A stretch of 64,000 bases of DNA from Marsupella aquatica (GCA_973895155.1 OZ316894.1:21671867-21735866); one strand, 5' to 3'; counted from the stretch's first letter, positions 40,490 to 53,926 are shown. Notes: generated by a model not told the origin, from the sequence alone. Numbers and translations: made by a program.

Positions 40490-41268
40490 TGAAGTTGAGA
40501 TCTTGTTCACAGACGTTGTAAAAGTAGATGAAATAACAACACACGTTTTTGTCTTGAAGGATGTGCACCATGCCATGGGTAGTAGTTAAGGAACCTCATT
40601 TGAAGGCCGACACAAGCATCATGAAAAATGTATCATCCACTCATCTGGAGCCATCATAGTCCTTTCCTTTTTGCAATCTTTCTGACTGTGCCATATACAT
40701 AGGACCAGTGGACCTGCTGGGAGGTTTACTTTTCATGATTTATTCTAGGGTTTAAGCAGCCATATGAAGGCCAGCTCTATGTCCTTTTATTTCTTTGCAA
40801 TTCACAGAAGACCCTTCTAATTTTTTCTAGGTTTTTTTGTCTTTTCCCTTTCAATCTGTGCATGAAGTGCTGGTAGAATCCCTTTGCTATTTTTTTTCAA
40901 TTTATGTGAAGATTGGGCTCAGCAATCTGAAGCAAGTTGAACCATCGACCTTGGGACTGGAGATTAAGACACTCCTATGCTATGCAGATTGCTTTCAGGG
41001 CCTTTTGTATTAATGAATTTTGCAACAAATAAATGAGATTTACACAAAGAAGTTGGGGCTCTGATTGACCACAACGTTTGACCTCAAGACTATGATAAAC
41101 CAAACACTTTTTGACCTCCAAAATGGTGAGCATTTACACAAAGGGAATGTGCTATCTGAGTAAAAATAACATTTCAGATGATTCATGTAGGTTGAAGAAA
41201 TTCATCGAGTGTCTTGACAAACTTGGTGATCAGTGAGAGCTTCAGTTTTGTTGTACACATGCTAAGCT

Positions 41269-41316
41269 GAGATGAGATGAGATGAGATGAGATGAGATGA
41301 GATGAGATGAGATGAG
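41269..41316. repeat. (GAGAT)n microsatellite
   Basis: About 9 perfect GAGAT units. Confidence 0.95.
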
Positions 41317-42127
41317 AACAAATAAATAGATAAAATGAAACGGCTCCTAGTAAGGGATTTTCATTTCAGACCTTTTCTCAGATAGAATTCTTAAGCTTGA
41401 ATGTGATCTAAGAAACTACAGTGAGTGCATTGAAACTGGGATGGCATGGAGTTGGAGCACATAAACTTCATACCAAGAGCATTTGGGGATCCTTCCCCAG
41501 TGCAAACATTTGGATGAAATCCTATCCAACTTATGACTCCATTAAAAACTATAATAGAAGGTCCCGCCCACTTTTTATAGTGTAGTCTTTCAAAATATAC
41601 ATTTTCTGTGCCAAGGGAAATAAGGAAAGCAAAGCAAAAAGGGGTAATGAAAATCAAGCCACGGCAAAAGTGGAGGGAGAAGAATCCATCTTGATCCTCC
41701 TCATCACGCTGTACTTACAAGTACACTCTCTATCCAATCCCTGGCCATTGTAGTATTATTTTATTATTATTATTATTTTATTAAATTCAAGGGGAAATCT
41801 ATGAAACCTTACAGAAGGAGAACAGCCAGTCACTACAGTTGAATCCAAGACCTATCAGTTTTCACTCAAGTGAGCTACCAAAGAGCCATGTCTCTCTGGG
41901 CTGGTCATTATATTATTTGTACTGGCCCTGCTTCAAGGTACTCCCCATGTGGGATGCAAATGTAAGGAGAGTGTACTTGCCCCTCCCCTTGGTACTTGCA
42001 TGAAATGAATACATTCTATAAAAACAAACAAATTTGGCAAACATGTATTTGAATGAAATAACAAGGGATTGGGGGCCAAAGTACTATGGAAGGGTTTAGG
42101 GATGCATATATAAGGGGGACCACCACA

Positions 42128-42402
42128 TATAACAACATTTTTGCATAACGCCATCTTTTGTGTAACAACATCTTTACACAAATATATCTTTAATTTGCCC
42201 AATATCATTTTTTACTCATCGACATCTTTTGCACAACATTGTCTTTTGCACGACATCTTTTGCACATCTAGTTTTAGTTAACGACATCTTTTGTGCAACA
42301 ACGTCTTGCACTTAACAACATCTTTTACCAAATAACACCTTTTGCGCAATGATATCTTTGACTTATCAACATCTGTTATGCAACAACATCTTTTGTGCAA
42401 CG
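42128..42402. repeat. Array of short (A)ACATCTTTT(G)CACA motifs
   Basis: About 12 degenerate copies, e.g. AACATCTTTACACA, GACATCTTTTGCACA, AACATCTTTTGTGCAAC. Confidence 0.7.
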
Positions 42403-43614
42403 CACGGGGATTGAACTTGTTTTATATGATTCCTCAACATAGTGAGGGCTCCTGCAAATACAAAAAGTGCAAGTACAATGGCTTGCAACATGGGTCTTGG
42501 TGATGGATACACAGAAAGAATAACACTAAGAAATATTAAAAAATAATCAGGTTTCTTGTGGTATGAAAAATAGATTTTATTTGTGGGCACTTGTCAATAG
42601 CACAGTACATGTTGTTTCAATCTTTGTTATGTACAACTAGCCTGACTTTGAACATGAATAGAGGTGAGCTATGGGAGTGCAGCACAAAGCAGCTCAAATG
42701 TGGAGAAGGAGCGCAGCACACAGCAGCTTGCCTGTGAAGAGAGGAACTCAGGACTCAGTGCCCTTGCATTACTCAATTCTCAAAACCTTCACCCTAAACC
42801 CAGTAACACACTCACGGGTGAAAAAGTGGGTTTAGGTGTGAAGGTTTTGTGTAACAACCCTTCACCCTAAAAGTTGTGTAACAACCTTCACCCCCACACC
42901 TCCAAAGCACCCTCAACTTAAGTGACGCCCGCTTCTTAACACACTTTTTGCACCAGCACCCCAAAAGCACCTTCAACTTAAGTGAGGCCCTCATAGTTAA
43001 GGTCTGGAGGCTTCAGTCTAGACTCTAGCCCTGGAAGTAGTCTCTCTTGGCCCTTTATTAGACAAGATTACCACCAAGCTTGGATGTATATGTATATGTA
43101 TATGCATATGTATATATCAAGAGACAGGATCCCAATCAGCTTATTTTCTAAGTGTGAAGTTTTGCCAAATTCCTCCTCCCCAAAAAATGTTCTCCACTTT
43201 TGGCTAATATTAGCTAGATTTTTTTCACACCATTGGCCACTTTTCCACCGAATCATGAACCCCATTTGCCAGAATCTAACGGTCCTCCTTCAATCTACGC
43301 ATATCTGACGGTCATGATTTAAATCAGTAAAATCTGACAAAGAAAATTCCTAGAATCTCCTCCCTTAGCGAAGCCAACATTCGCCACACTGGCTAAATTT
43401 ATTAAAAAAAAACCTTAAAAAATATTGTGATCCCAATGGCAAAGCAGCCTAAAGGAAGGGGGGTAAAGGAAGGGGAAGAGATACATCATTTGGGGTGACC
43501 CACAGTTCGGCTGACTGATGCTGCTGACCACAACAAGTAACGTCATGCTTGGTCGGTCCTCGTCTGCCCCATTTGCAGTTCTTGCAGCCGACGCCGACAC
43601 TCCACATTACCCAC

Positions 43615-44666
43615 CCCGGTTTGGACTTGTCGGACAAATAGGAGAATTTGGGATGACAAATGACATATGTCGTCCCGGTTGATCCCGGCCGGGTGACAGG
43701 GTCTGGCCGGGAGAACGTAGAGCCGGGCTGGGAGTGTTGAGCATAGACGACATTCGCAATGGCAAGCCCATGAACCATCCAACGCACAATAGTCGACACA
43801 GAGAGATACGTGGTTCACCTCCACATGAGGCTACGTCCACGGGAACACACAAGAACTTTACTGCACTCTAGACCAACAGGCCATACCAAGCATCCACAGC
43901 ACAAGCTCTCCCTATCTCTCAAATAGCTCCGTAACAATGAGCCTAAGTTCCACCAGGGTCTGGCATCAGCCCTGGCTTAGTACACAACAACACTAGCGCT
44001 AACATTAGCTAAGTCCTAACCCGAGTTAGACTAATTGTGGTTAGCTCATGAGTCACAAGATGAGAGCAATATCTAACAGGGAGCAGGGTTAGGATGTTGG
44101 CCGGGTTGGGCCGGGACATCGGCCGGGGGGGGGTGGGATGGGTCGGGCCGGGAGGGAGAATCAGGGGTGGGAGACTAGGGCGGGGAGTCAGGCCGGGAGT
44201 CTTGCACATTTAGGGTAAACCCCGGTTAGGGAGAGCCAGGCCAGACCGAGAATGGGAGAGCCGGGCCGGGAAATGCGGGTCGGGCCGGGAAGAGATGTAG
44301 GGCCGGGAAGGGGAGAGCCGGGCCGGGAAAGGAGGCCGGGCCGGGAAGAGAGGGGAGCCGGGAAGGGGAGAGAGGGCCGGGACGGGGAGGTAGGGCCGGG
44401 ATTGGAAGCCGGGCCAGGAAGGTTGGGACCCTAAACCGGGGGCTGCCTCACTTAACCGGGGAAGTTTGAGACTCGGCCGGGAGATTTTGTGACCGGGCCG
44501 GGAGTCTTTTCGACTGGGCCGGGAGGGTCGGGATGGGGTGGGACTTGGCCGGGAGGGGTCGCGAGAATTCGAGACCGGGCCGGGGATGGGCCAAGAATTT
44601 TTTGTCCCGGTCGGGGAATATAAGGGAATATTGGACAAATAGGCCGTTTTTGGGCGGAAAACCGGG
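43615..44666. mobile_element. Non-autonomous DNA transposon (family B): TIR CCCGGTTT...AAACCGGG, 8-bp TSD TTACCCAC, dense GGCCGGG repeats; carries a nested solo LTR
   Basis: TTACCCAC at 43607-43614 and 44667-44674. More than 25 CCGGG motifs lie inside. Confidence 0.8.
43735..44078. mobile_element. Solo LTR (344 bp) with 5-bp TSD GGGAG
   Basis: TGTT...AACA termini. GGGAG at 43730-43734 and 44079-44083. Reverse-complement homolog of 53927-54268. Confidence 0.88.
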
Positions 44667-45548
44667 TTACCCACATTACCCACCAGGACTCCTCCGCTTA
44701 TCTGCCAGGTTCGCCATTCAAGCAAGACAAGTCGAAGAAGAACCTGAGAAGCAAACAAACAAGAGAAATCAATCAGATACACCAAGTCGCCATAAAAAGA
44801 TCTGCCGAAGTTCTGCTGTCGAAGAGCACGAGCAAACGAGTTTTCTTTTACTTTTCTTTTTTCTTTTCTTTTCGTGTTTGGGCTTTTTGGGTGTACAGAT
44901 CTGCACCTGATGCAGAATGACGTCAGGGAAGAGGAAGGTAATGACGATCACAATGCTGGACTGTGGAGTAAAGCTCAATTGTCAGGATGGCCCACCGAAT
45001 TCGAGGTCATACAGGAGTGCGAGCTCTTCATCAATTATTTGTTGGATTTTGTGTTGACTGGAGGAGCCCTCTTGTTCCATCCATCCATCGTTCCAGCACC
45101 TCAAGGATGGAGAAGTTGCTGTAAGTGAATGCGTCCCATCGATCAGCGAGGGGGTCTGGACGAACGAAGTTCAGCTGAGAGAGGTCACTGATTCACATGC
45201 CTGACTAAATGCATTCCACATATTTCATAGATAATTGCAATTCACTTTGCGTGTGAACAGGAAGTGTTTCAGCTCAGGGGCATCGAGACAGGGCATGTGG
45301 TGGGTCAGAACTTGAGTCGGGCCATTTTAGTGCGGTGCGTTTGACTGACTCAGAATTGTTCTCCGGTTTACGGTGCACTACCTGAAGGAGAGAAACGGGA
45401 GATAGATGCCGGCGATAGACTGAGGGTGTTGGTCATCAAACCTTGCAACTCAATCTGGTGACAATCTTGAGGGGGTTGGAGAACCCCGTCGTCGAAGAGC
45501 TTAGACTCAAGCAAAGCAGACTGTGAAGGGTTGTATTCGGATACCATC

Positions 45549-45767
45549 ATGACATCGAGAGCGGTGAAGCTGAAGGCCCATGGAGTGAAGGCATTGGAGG
45601 TATATGAGCTGGTCACGGAAGCGAAGCCTCGAGCTTCTCCCGGGCATGTTGTGGTTCATATGACCGTGATGCCTGTGAATCCGAGCGACCTCCAACCCGC
45701 CATGTGGACCGGGATCGATCTTAAGGACATTACCGCAGGTGGCGAAGGAGCCGGTGTTGTAGAGGAG
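45549..45767 (+). pseudogene. Orphan first exon of a medium-chain dehydrogenase/reductase (enoyl-reductase / quinone-oxidoreductase-like GroES domain)
   Basis: MTSRAVKLKAHG...KPRASPGHVVVHMTVMPVNPSDL...AGGEGAGVVEE followed by donor GTGAGC at 45768. No downstream MDR exons are recognisable before duplicated DNA starts at ~46248. Confidence 0.75.
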
Positions 45768-46619
45768 GTGAGCGGGGTTCCTTCAAGATTCTCCATTCGT
45801 TGTACCCCTTTGTACTCCATTTCAGTGTGTTACCTTGGCTTGTCGTCCGGGAATTCCTTCAGCTCCTATCCATTCTGCTTTGTAATTCTGTCTGTACAAC
45901 CAAACCTGACAGTTCTCTTCCTTACATTCTCTCTTTCACTACTGTTAACGTAGCTAACCAATTCCTCAGCTGATGCCATTCCGCCTCAACTAACTTTGTT
46001 GCACCAGGCTTCAACGCTTTTTCATCATTACGGCTTACCTCTCGGAGACTTGCAAAATTCCCGCAGCAGTCCTTGTAAACATTTATCGGTGTGCCTGTGG
46101 TTCAGTGGCAACAGAATTACTGTGCAGTGCCAACCCTAGGGTCCAAAACCATGCACCGTGTCTCACAAACTCCGTCTTCAAATCTCAAATATACCTCCGA
46201 CATTGCAAACTTATGCCCATTCCTTCTGAAAGTTCATTCCTTCTGAAAGTTTTAGTTTGAACTTAGATAGTTATGTTTCTAAATGTACCTACATAAATGT
46301 GATCACACTTAGAGGTTACTTGGGCCAATTAAGGGGCTGTAGAAAAAATTTAATTAAATCCGTTGTCCCTTTTGTTGACTTACTTATGACACAAGATGTG
46401 GACCATTAGAGCATGAAATCTTAGTGGGTTATTTTCCATCCATCATTTGCTTAGTTTAGGGCAATGCTCATGGTGTTGCATAAATGTCAAGGTAAAGCCA
46501 AGGAGTGCCAGGAAATGTTTCCATTCTTGTAGTGATATGTAAGTGGATAAAATAGGAGAGTAGAACTAGAATACTGTGAATGGGATAAAACAATATAAGT
46601 AGAGCACATGCAAAGAAAA

Positions 46620-49600
46620 CACAATCACCCTTTCTGAACAGGCATGGTCACAAGCCATCTTGGTTTCCAGCATTGGACCTGCTAGAGACCCAAAATTTGC
46701 TTTTTACCTAGCATGTAGGAGTCTACGTTGTAAATACATAGAAATACAAAAAAAAGTTTCAGACAAACAGGCTATCACACAAACATTAAGAACTCGTGTT
46801 CTCTCCTTGCATTCTCTTGAGGGATTTTCTCACGGAGGTAACAACGTTTCCGAGTTAAGGGAGGCCGAGGTAGCTCTTCGTGACTCGGAATTCCAAGAAG
46901 CAATAGACCTTCGTAAGCGATCCCGGATTCGCTGGTTAGGGCTGGGAGACACTTCCACAAAAACTTTCTTCAACATTGTTAGGACTCGGCAGCAAAGAGC
47001 ATCCATCCCTAATCTTTGTCTGGATGACGAATCATTGACTTCTGATGTAGATCAAATCCTTTCTGAGGTCGGTTATTTTTATAGAGCACTCTATTCCCCG
47101 GATGCTCCTGAATCAGCACAGAATACCGATGCCAGGGAAAAAATTCTTCATCTTTCCTCCCCCCGTATTTCTGCTGTTGACTCCCACCATCTGGACTCTA
47201 TCCCAACTATTGAGGAACTCTTTTTTGCAGCAAATAAGACTCAGAAGAATAAGGCCCCAGGCATCGATGGTCTTACTATTGAAGTGTTTTTAAGCTGTTG
47301 AAAATTTATTGCTCCGACCTTTCTAGCGATGATAGTCTCCTTTTGGCTAGATGGAATTATGCTCCCCGGGTTCCTTGATGGAGTAATTAAGCTTGTGCCT
47401 AAATCGATAGACAAATCTAGGATTTCTAATTGGCGACCAATCCCCCTGTTAAACATAGCTTATAAAATCATGTCCAAGCTAATTGCAATCAGAAAAAGTA
47501 GGGTGCTGCAACATATGGTAAACAAACAGCACACCGGATTCGTTCCCGGTAGGCAAATTCTTGATAACATATCCTTAGCATGGCTAGCTTGTGATTGGCT
47601 AACCACTAACAATGTTCCGGCCCTTTTTCTTAAGATGGACTTCGCCAAAGCCTTCAACCGAGTTGATCACAGGTACATCCGTGAAACATTACTTTCATTG
47701 AGATTAAGTGTCATGCTCACTCGTAATATAATGGGACTTATGACCAATGCATCTGCGAAGGTCCATGTGAATGGACAATTCACTGAACCCATTCCTCTTC
47801 TACGGGGAGTTCATCAGGGGTATCCATTGGCCCCATTGATCTATGCACTAACAAGTGCACTCACCACTCAGCCACTTATGAATTATTTTGATGAAGCGCT
47901 GTTGGCTGGAAAGGGACATGGAATAAAAATAAATGACAAACTTACTCTTTTTCACAGATTTTTTGCTGACGACCTTGGGGTACTCCTGCCAATGAATCAT
48001 GTTTCCAAGAAATAAGACAAATAATTGAATTATACAAGCTAGCTGCAGGAGCGCGCCTTAACCTAGAAAAGACGGATGTGATCATTTATTGTCTAGATGC
48101 TCCTCCGCAGTGGCTGGTCGACTCTAATTGTATCATTATTTCTAGGGGTCAATTGTCTTCTTATCTTGGTGCACCGATTGGGCAGTCACTAACAAATTGC
48201 AGCTCCAAGAATATTGCATGAAAAAACTCCTTAAGAGATTAGCCAGTTGGTCAAACAAAAGCTTCTCTTTTACCGATCGTGTAATTCTTATTAAACAGGT
48301 ACTGCTATCGATGACAGTCTATCATATGATGTATTCTCAGTTTGCCGGTAGTTTTATAGATTTGATTAGGCTGACCTGTAAGGACTTCCTGTGGGGGTTT
48401 AACAAAGAAGGAGGACGGAAAACTCCCCTTGTCTCTTGGGATCGTTTGTGCAGACGGAAGAAGGACGGAGGGATTGGTTTTAAGGACATACAGACACAGG
48501 CATCGGCGTTGCTAGCCCGTTGGTCCGTTCGTATGATCTCAGACCCGGAGTTGGATTGGGCTATTCTCTTCTCTGTCAATCTTCGGTTGGCTGCCTGGAA
48601 AAATTCCGTTCTGCTCAGGCAATCGAATTACTCAGCTATGGACCGCCACCTATTCTCTTCTCCATCTAGCTTTCGGGGAATGTCTTACACGGCGGGAATT
48701 TGGAAAGCATGGGCTAAGATCTGGACCAACATGCTATGGTCATCAGGCTCTCTCGCTATCCCGGCTAGATGGCGAATAGATGATCTTCTTAACAAATCTT
48801 TTTGCTCACTATGTTTCCCTATTTCAGCTATACCAAGGATCATCACAGCATACTCACGTATAAATATTAGAGCCATCTCGGATTTGTGGAATTGGCAATC
48901 TTCTGAATGGATTGACTTCTCGTCCCGCATCTCTAGGTTGAGAGGGTATAGTGAGTTAGAATTGGCTGTCTTTTCCAGAATTATATTACTTCTCCAGTCA
49001 GGTCCGCCACCTTCCCGATCTTTATCCTTCGTTCAATATATCTCAATGGTTCTAAGTGGGTCTCCAGAATCACCCATCCCCACGTATTATGAGTAGCACA
49101 TACGCATACAAACTATTGGACAGGTCTGAAGGTGACTTCTGCACATTAAATACCAGATGGGGCACATCTGACTCTGGTGCCATCTGGCAGCATTGATGGA
49201 GGAGACTTTGGAGTTCTGATCTTTCGAATCGTGGAAAGATATTCTTGTGGAGGGTCCTAGCAGCTGGGCTATTCTCCGGCAAGCGCGCACAACAATGTGG
49301 ACATGGGGATGGAAGGTGCCCAACTTGTCAGCAAGGAGTTGAAGATAATCAACGCATCTTTTTCTCTTGTCAGCAAGCAATTATCACCTGGAACAGAACC
49401 ATATGGTTCTTTGAGAGAATACCAGCTCTCTCTCATCTTCCGGGGGGCCATTCCTTCCCTAGTACCTTGGATTTGGCCCTTGGGCGTTCTCCAAGGCACA
49501 CAGCTCGGATCTATGCAATTTATGAAATAGTGTGGCTTCTCTGGAAAAATTGTAACCTTCATTTGTTCCAGAGCATATTTGTTGAATATTCCCCTTTTGC

Positions 49601-50195
49601 TGCTGCTTCTGCCGTTGTTCAGCATCTCCATGCGGTGGCTTTTTGCTCAAACACTGAGAAAAAAAATGTTTGCACTACGCAGAAAAATTCATCTCAGGCC
49701 CTCTTGCTCATCGTTGATACTCATTTTGTTTAGCCCAACTATTCTCGATCATTGTTCTCAGTACCAATCGTGTATTTATAATATTCCCATACAGATTTTT
49801 TCGTACTGTTCCCCGCTGTTTGTTCCAGGTTGTTATAAATATCCTTATTTTCTTTCACCTGTTCCTCGATGATGGTTCCTGGTCATCCCTCGGGTCATCC
49901 CTATTAATCAGTTCCTTTGTCTACCCTTGTTCATTCCCATAGCCGAATAGTCCCTGATTCTGTCACTCAAGTAGTGATGTGTTTGTCTATGGTGTCACAT
50001 TTTGCAGCCATCTGTCTGCTGCTTCTACTGGGCGTTTTGCAGCCATCTGTCCCTTCTTCAGGTGGCTGTGTGGTTCTCTGGTGCCCTCTCTAGCAGATTT
50101 CCACCTTGCCCCTTGCCCTGGGCTCATTGGTGGCGTTTGTCAACTAATCTAGGCTTCCTATTTCTTTCTCTGAAAGAAACAAAACAAAAAATAAA
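46620..50195 (+). mobile_element. 5'-truncated L1-type LINE (RT + zf-RVT), inactivated
   Basis: Contains KAPGIDGL, NWRPIPLLNIAYKIMSK, GFVPGRQILDNI, KMDFAKAFNRVD, RGVHQGYPLAP, FFADD, GGIGFKD and CPTCQQGVEDNQRIFFSC. Stop at 47299 and frameshifts near 48010 and 49090. A-rich tail at ~50173-50195. Absent from duplication copy 1. Confidence 0.92.
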
Positions 50196-50199
50196 TTAT

Positions 50200-51470
50200 C
50201 TGCAGTGATATATGAATGTATTTTCTATTCTTCTTAAGCATAATCTCTCCTAGATTGGCTTTGGAATCTTCTCTCGTAGCATGCATTATTAGAAATTCTT
50301 ATGTTCACTTATTCTCAATCCAGATATGATTCAGTTATAATGTGTGAGCTCTAGGCAGGAATAAGATGATCATCTGGATAGTTATGGGAATCGTTTGACT
50401 ATAGATATCAAACAAAGTAGTCACTGGCAGTCTGAGTTAATATTCTGGTGTGAGCTTTTGGCAGTATTCATTGCAGGGATTCTGGCCAAGACAATCAATA
50501 TGATCGACTGAGCTATCTTTCCTCCTCTGAGCAGGCTACTTTGTATGCTGGAGAACAATTGGGATTATTTGGGTAAACGGATTGGTGGGTTGCTCCCTGG
50601 CAGTAGGATATTCTCTGTCCCAAATGGGTGGTTTCGACAATCAGGAACATTATTCCGGCTATCAAAATGGCTACCAACAAGCACACAGGCCCACCCTTCT
50701 CAAATCTGCTCTATCTCCCTCACGTCCTATCCATCTCATCCATTATTCTTGTCTTGCTCCAAGTAAGGATATTTTGTCCTCTCCTGGGGATTATCTTTTG
50801 CTATCCACATGATATTGGGATGCCTAGGCTGGCAGGAGCAGAGTATTGCATCCATAGGGGAATCTCAAACAGTTTGTCTTCTGGGAGACCGACGTATTTG
50901 GGGAATGATTTAAGGCAAGTAAGGGATGGGAGGAAGTAAACATCGGTGGCAAATATTCGGCTCAACCCCTTGGTCAGTTGGTTTCTCAGATCAATGTTTG
51001 CGGTTCGTCCCGGTCGGTGGACCAAATGGGATTGTCCTCGGCTAGCTTTTTCAGTCTTCCTGGTAATCAACGTCCCGGGGTTCTCTCAATGAAGAAAGGA
51101 GGTTTTTTGTGTGGTCTGCCAGTGGAGGAAGGAACTTGGTTGGCGATCAGTTGGATGTCTGGCTGGGTTCCATGCTATTTGTTTGCTGCTTCTGGTTCAT
51201 ACTGGTTCTATGTTAGTTTTAGGTACTCTCTGCCATCTGGCTTTGTTTGGCCCCCTCCTGCCATCTTTGACTAGCCCCTCTCTCGGGCAGTCTGGTAGGG
51301 AGGGTCCTCCTTTTTCTTTGGGTGTGCTTCCTCTCATTTGCCCCCATTAATTGGTTTTTTGGTCCCCCTGCCTCCTCCTATCAGGCAGATGTAGTTTTTT
51401 GTCCGGGTCTCCCGGTGGAATAAAGTTGTGGGGGTCCTCCCCTTTGCCCCCAACCAATTTTTATTTTTTT
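50200..51470 (+). mobile_element. Second, more decayed LINE 3'-end fragment
   Basis: LFRLSKWLPT...ICSIS...HPLFLSC resembles the zf-RVT C..C...H.F..C region. AATAAA at ~51419. Lies within the same copy-2-specific insertion. Confidence 0.5.
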
Positions 51471-53926
51471 AAAATCACATAATGAGTGACCAATGAAAGT
51501 AAAGTGAAGTTCTATGACACAAAGGTAGTGAGTGACCAATAAAAAGTACAGTCAAATGCTATGACACAAAGGTGCTACATGTGTGCACTTATTAATTCAA
51601 TGTGCCTTATTAATGAAAGAAAGCCATGAGGGGAACTTAAGACAAGATGTGCATGTTAGTATATATCCCAGTGCCCAAAGGCAAAAAACTCCAAACCGGG
51701 AGACAAGAATTATTTGTCTCTCTCATGAGGAGACTTAAAAACTTTGTTCAAGTGGTAGAAATTAAAGTCATTCTTTAATCTAAAAGATAACAAAGATTAA
51801 AAATTAAGAGGGCTACCAAAATGAGTTCAAAATTCTCTAAGATACCAAAAACTAAAGGGGTCCAAAAATTTGCTAAACATCTCTATGACACAAAGGATGC
51901 TCCTTGATAAGGCACATTGAAATAAAAATATATGACACCAAAAATTTGATTAAGACAAAATCTGAAAGGTGTATTCACTATATAGCAGCTTCAAGATTTG
52001 ATGGTGACATATTTTACACATTTCCTGTATGCTAGAAGTGCAAAATTATGGACATGCAGAGCTTATGATTAATAACTGCACAATCACCACAGGTTGGAGT
52101 TTTGGGGTAGTGTTTAGTGCACTTCTCAGATAAGCGCTTTATACCAGTGCTTCAACATATGCGCAGAACAACGTGATGTACTTGCACAAGTTGGAGAAAT
52201 GCATGAAGATACCTTGTGTAACCATGAGTTGTAGTTATCAATAAAAGTGCATGGAACCTATGTTGCAGTTGTTTACAATTATTGCATGTTACGAGGTACT
52301 ATCCACTTTTGGACTTATGTATTGCTGGCTAGTGACGTTGATTTACACCCCTTTTGACTTCTCCTCACATTTTTGTTTCCTAGTTTATGGTTGTGGGTGA
52401 CTTACTTATCAATACCTACAGTCATGAGAAGAACATCACTTTCTGGAAAGGGATTTCACAATCTTTTAGAAGCTACAAAGTTGCCGAAGAGAAGGGCTTG
52501 AACAGTGGGGTCAACACTTTCTAAGACCTTGAGCAGTAAGGAGAGGGCTCAGGTACAGAGTCACCCAAAAATTAAAATATTCTTGCTTTAAAGTGGTTCA
52601 GAAAAAATCATCCCAACTCTTAAAAAGAATGATTCATTATAGAAAGCAAAGTGGCTTGTCCCTCACACTTTTAGTTACCTTAAAGAACATTGTTTTGCTA
52701 GTTTATCTAAAATTATTCAATTTCCTTTTGTTTTGAAGGGGGTCACAGGGGCCGTCAATAACACGCAAGGGGGTGAAGGCCACCCAAGAAGGAAACAAAC
52801 GGGGCCCAACTCCCAGCAGAACACCAACCCACATGCCACCGACTAGTCAGACCAATTAGTCCTACTAATCCACCACTCAGTATTCCCAGCAATCTCCATA
52901 TATATAGTTCATCTCCCTACCTTGTCTCACTTTCTTGTTGTTCCAATACTTCCTATTATTCCGTCTTGTAAGAAATTTGTCTGCTCTTGATGCTGCTAGT
53001 CTTACCGTACCAAGAACTAACCCCTTGTTCTGCTGTCCACTATTGTTCTTATCCTCATTGTCTTCTCTATCCTGTCTTTCCTTGTTTGTTGTCTCCGTTG
53101 TATCTGGTAGTCTTCAGTCTTCTCCTTCATCCATGTTTAGGGCAATTGGTGTCTCTAAAGTCTTCCATGATGGTTCAAGAACTACCTGGAGCTGGGTAAT
53201 AGCCTGTCGCAGCTGGTTCCTTTTCCGCTCTAAGGTACTGACCTCAAGCATCGCTTGAAGGCTTTTCCCAGTTTGTCTAAGCACTACCCAGCCTGGCACT
53301 CTCCCCGGCCAGAAATTGAGAGTAAGTTGCAACATTCCTCTCTTTCCAGATACCGTAGCACATCTCAGTAACCAAAACCATAATTCCAGGTTTTCTCTTG
53401 AACTGTTTTTGTATGGCCTCCTGCACGATCTCGTACAATGATCCTTGTGAGAGTTTGATCGCGTTATGTCTTTGCAACATACCCTGCAATGTTCTCCATC
53501 TCTCCCTAACTGTTTTGCAGCTGAAGAACAAGTGCTCAGTGGTCTCAATAGTCACCTTGCAATGAGCACACTTCCCGTCAGAGACTTCCTAGTGTTCTTC
53601 CGTTAGTGAAGAAGCCATGGTGCAACAAACGCCACAAAAAGAACCTCACCTTGCTAAAGGTCCATCCACCCCAATTCTGCTTCCAGATCTGGTGCCATCC
53701 GTTTATAGTGTGCGTCTGTCCCCATCTCCAGTTCAACTGTGTGACATCTACGGTAGTCGGAGTTTTGCACTGGTTCCAGGCGAGGTTCCAGGTTTTTGTC
53801 GAGAAGGTCGCCCCCTTGTTTTTGCCTTTCCAATCCCATTTTCAACCATCACACTTTGATAAGTCAGTTGGCACAGGTCCATCACTTCTGCTCAAATACC
53901 CATAGAAAATGGTAAACTCATTGTAC

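Noticed and set aside
40905-42420. tRNA-like A/B-box fragments on the minus strand (~40930-40985, ~41835-41880, ~42400-42420)
   Set aside because: No cloverleaf can be built. At most these are SINE relics, too degenerate to call.
44210-44785. 191-aa Pro/Arg/Ser-rich ORF and overlapping ORFs
   Set aside because: By-product of the GC-rich CCGGG repeat element, with no domain signature.
501-45767. Functional gene cluster of paladin, EIN3, ABCG and MDR
   Set aside because: Unrelated functions with ordinary eukaryotic spacing. Adjacency alone is not evidence of a pathway.
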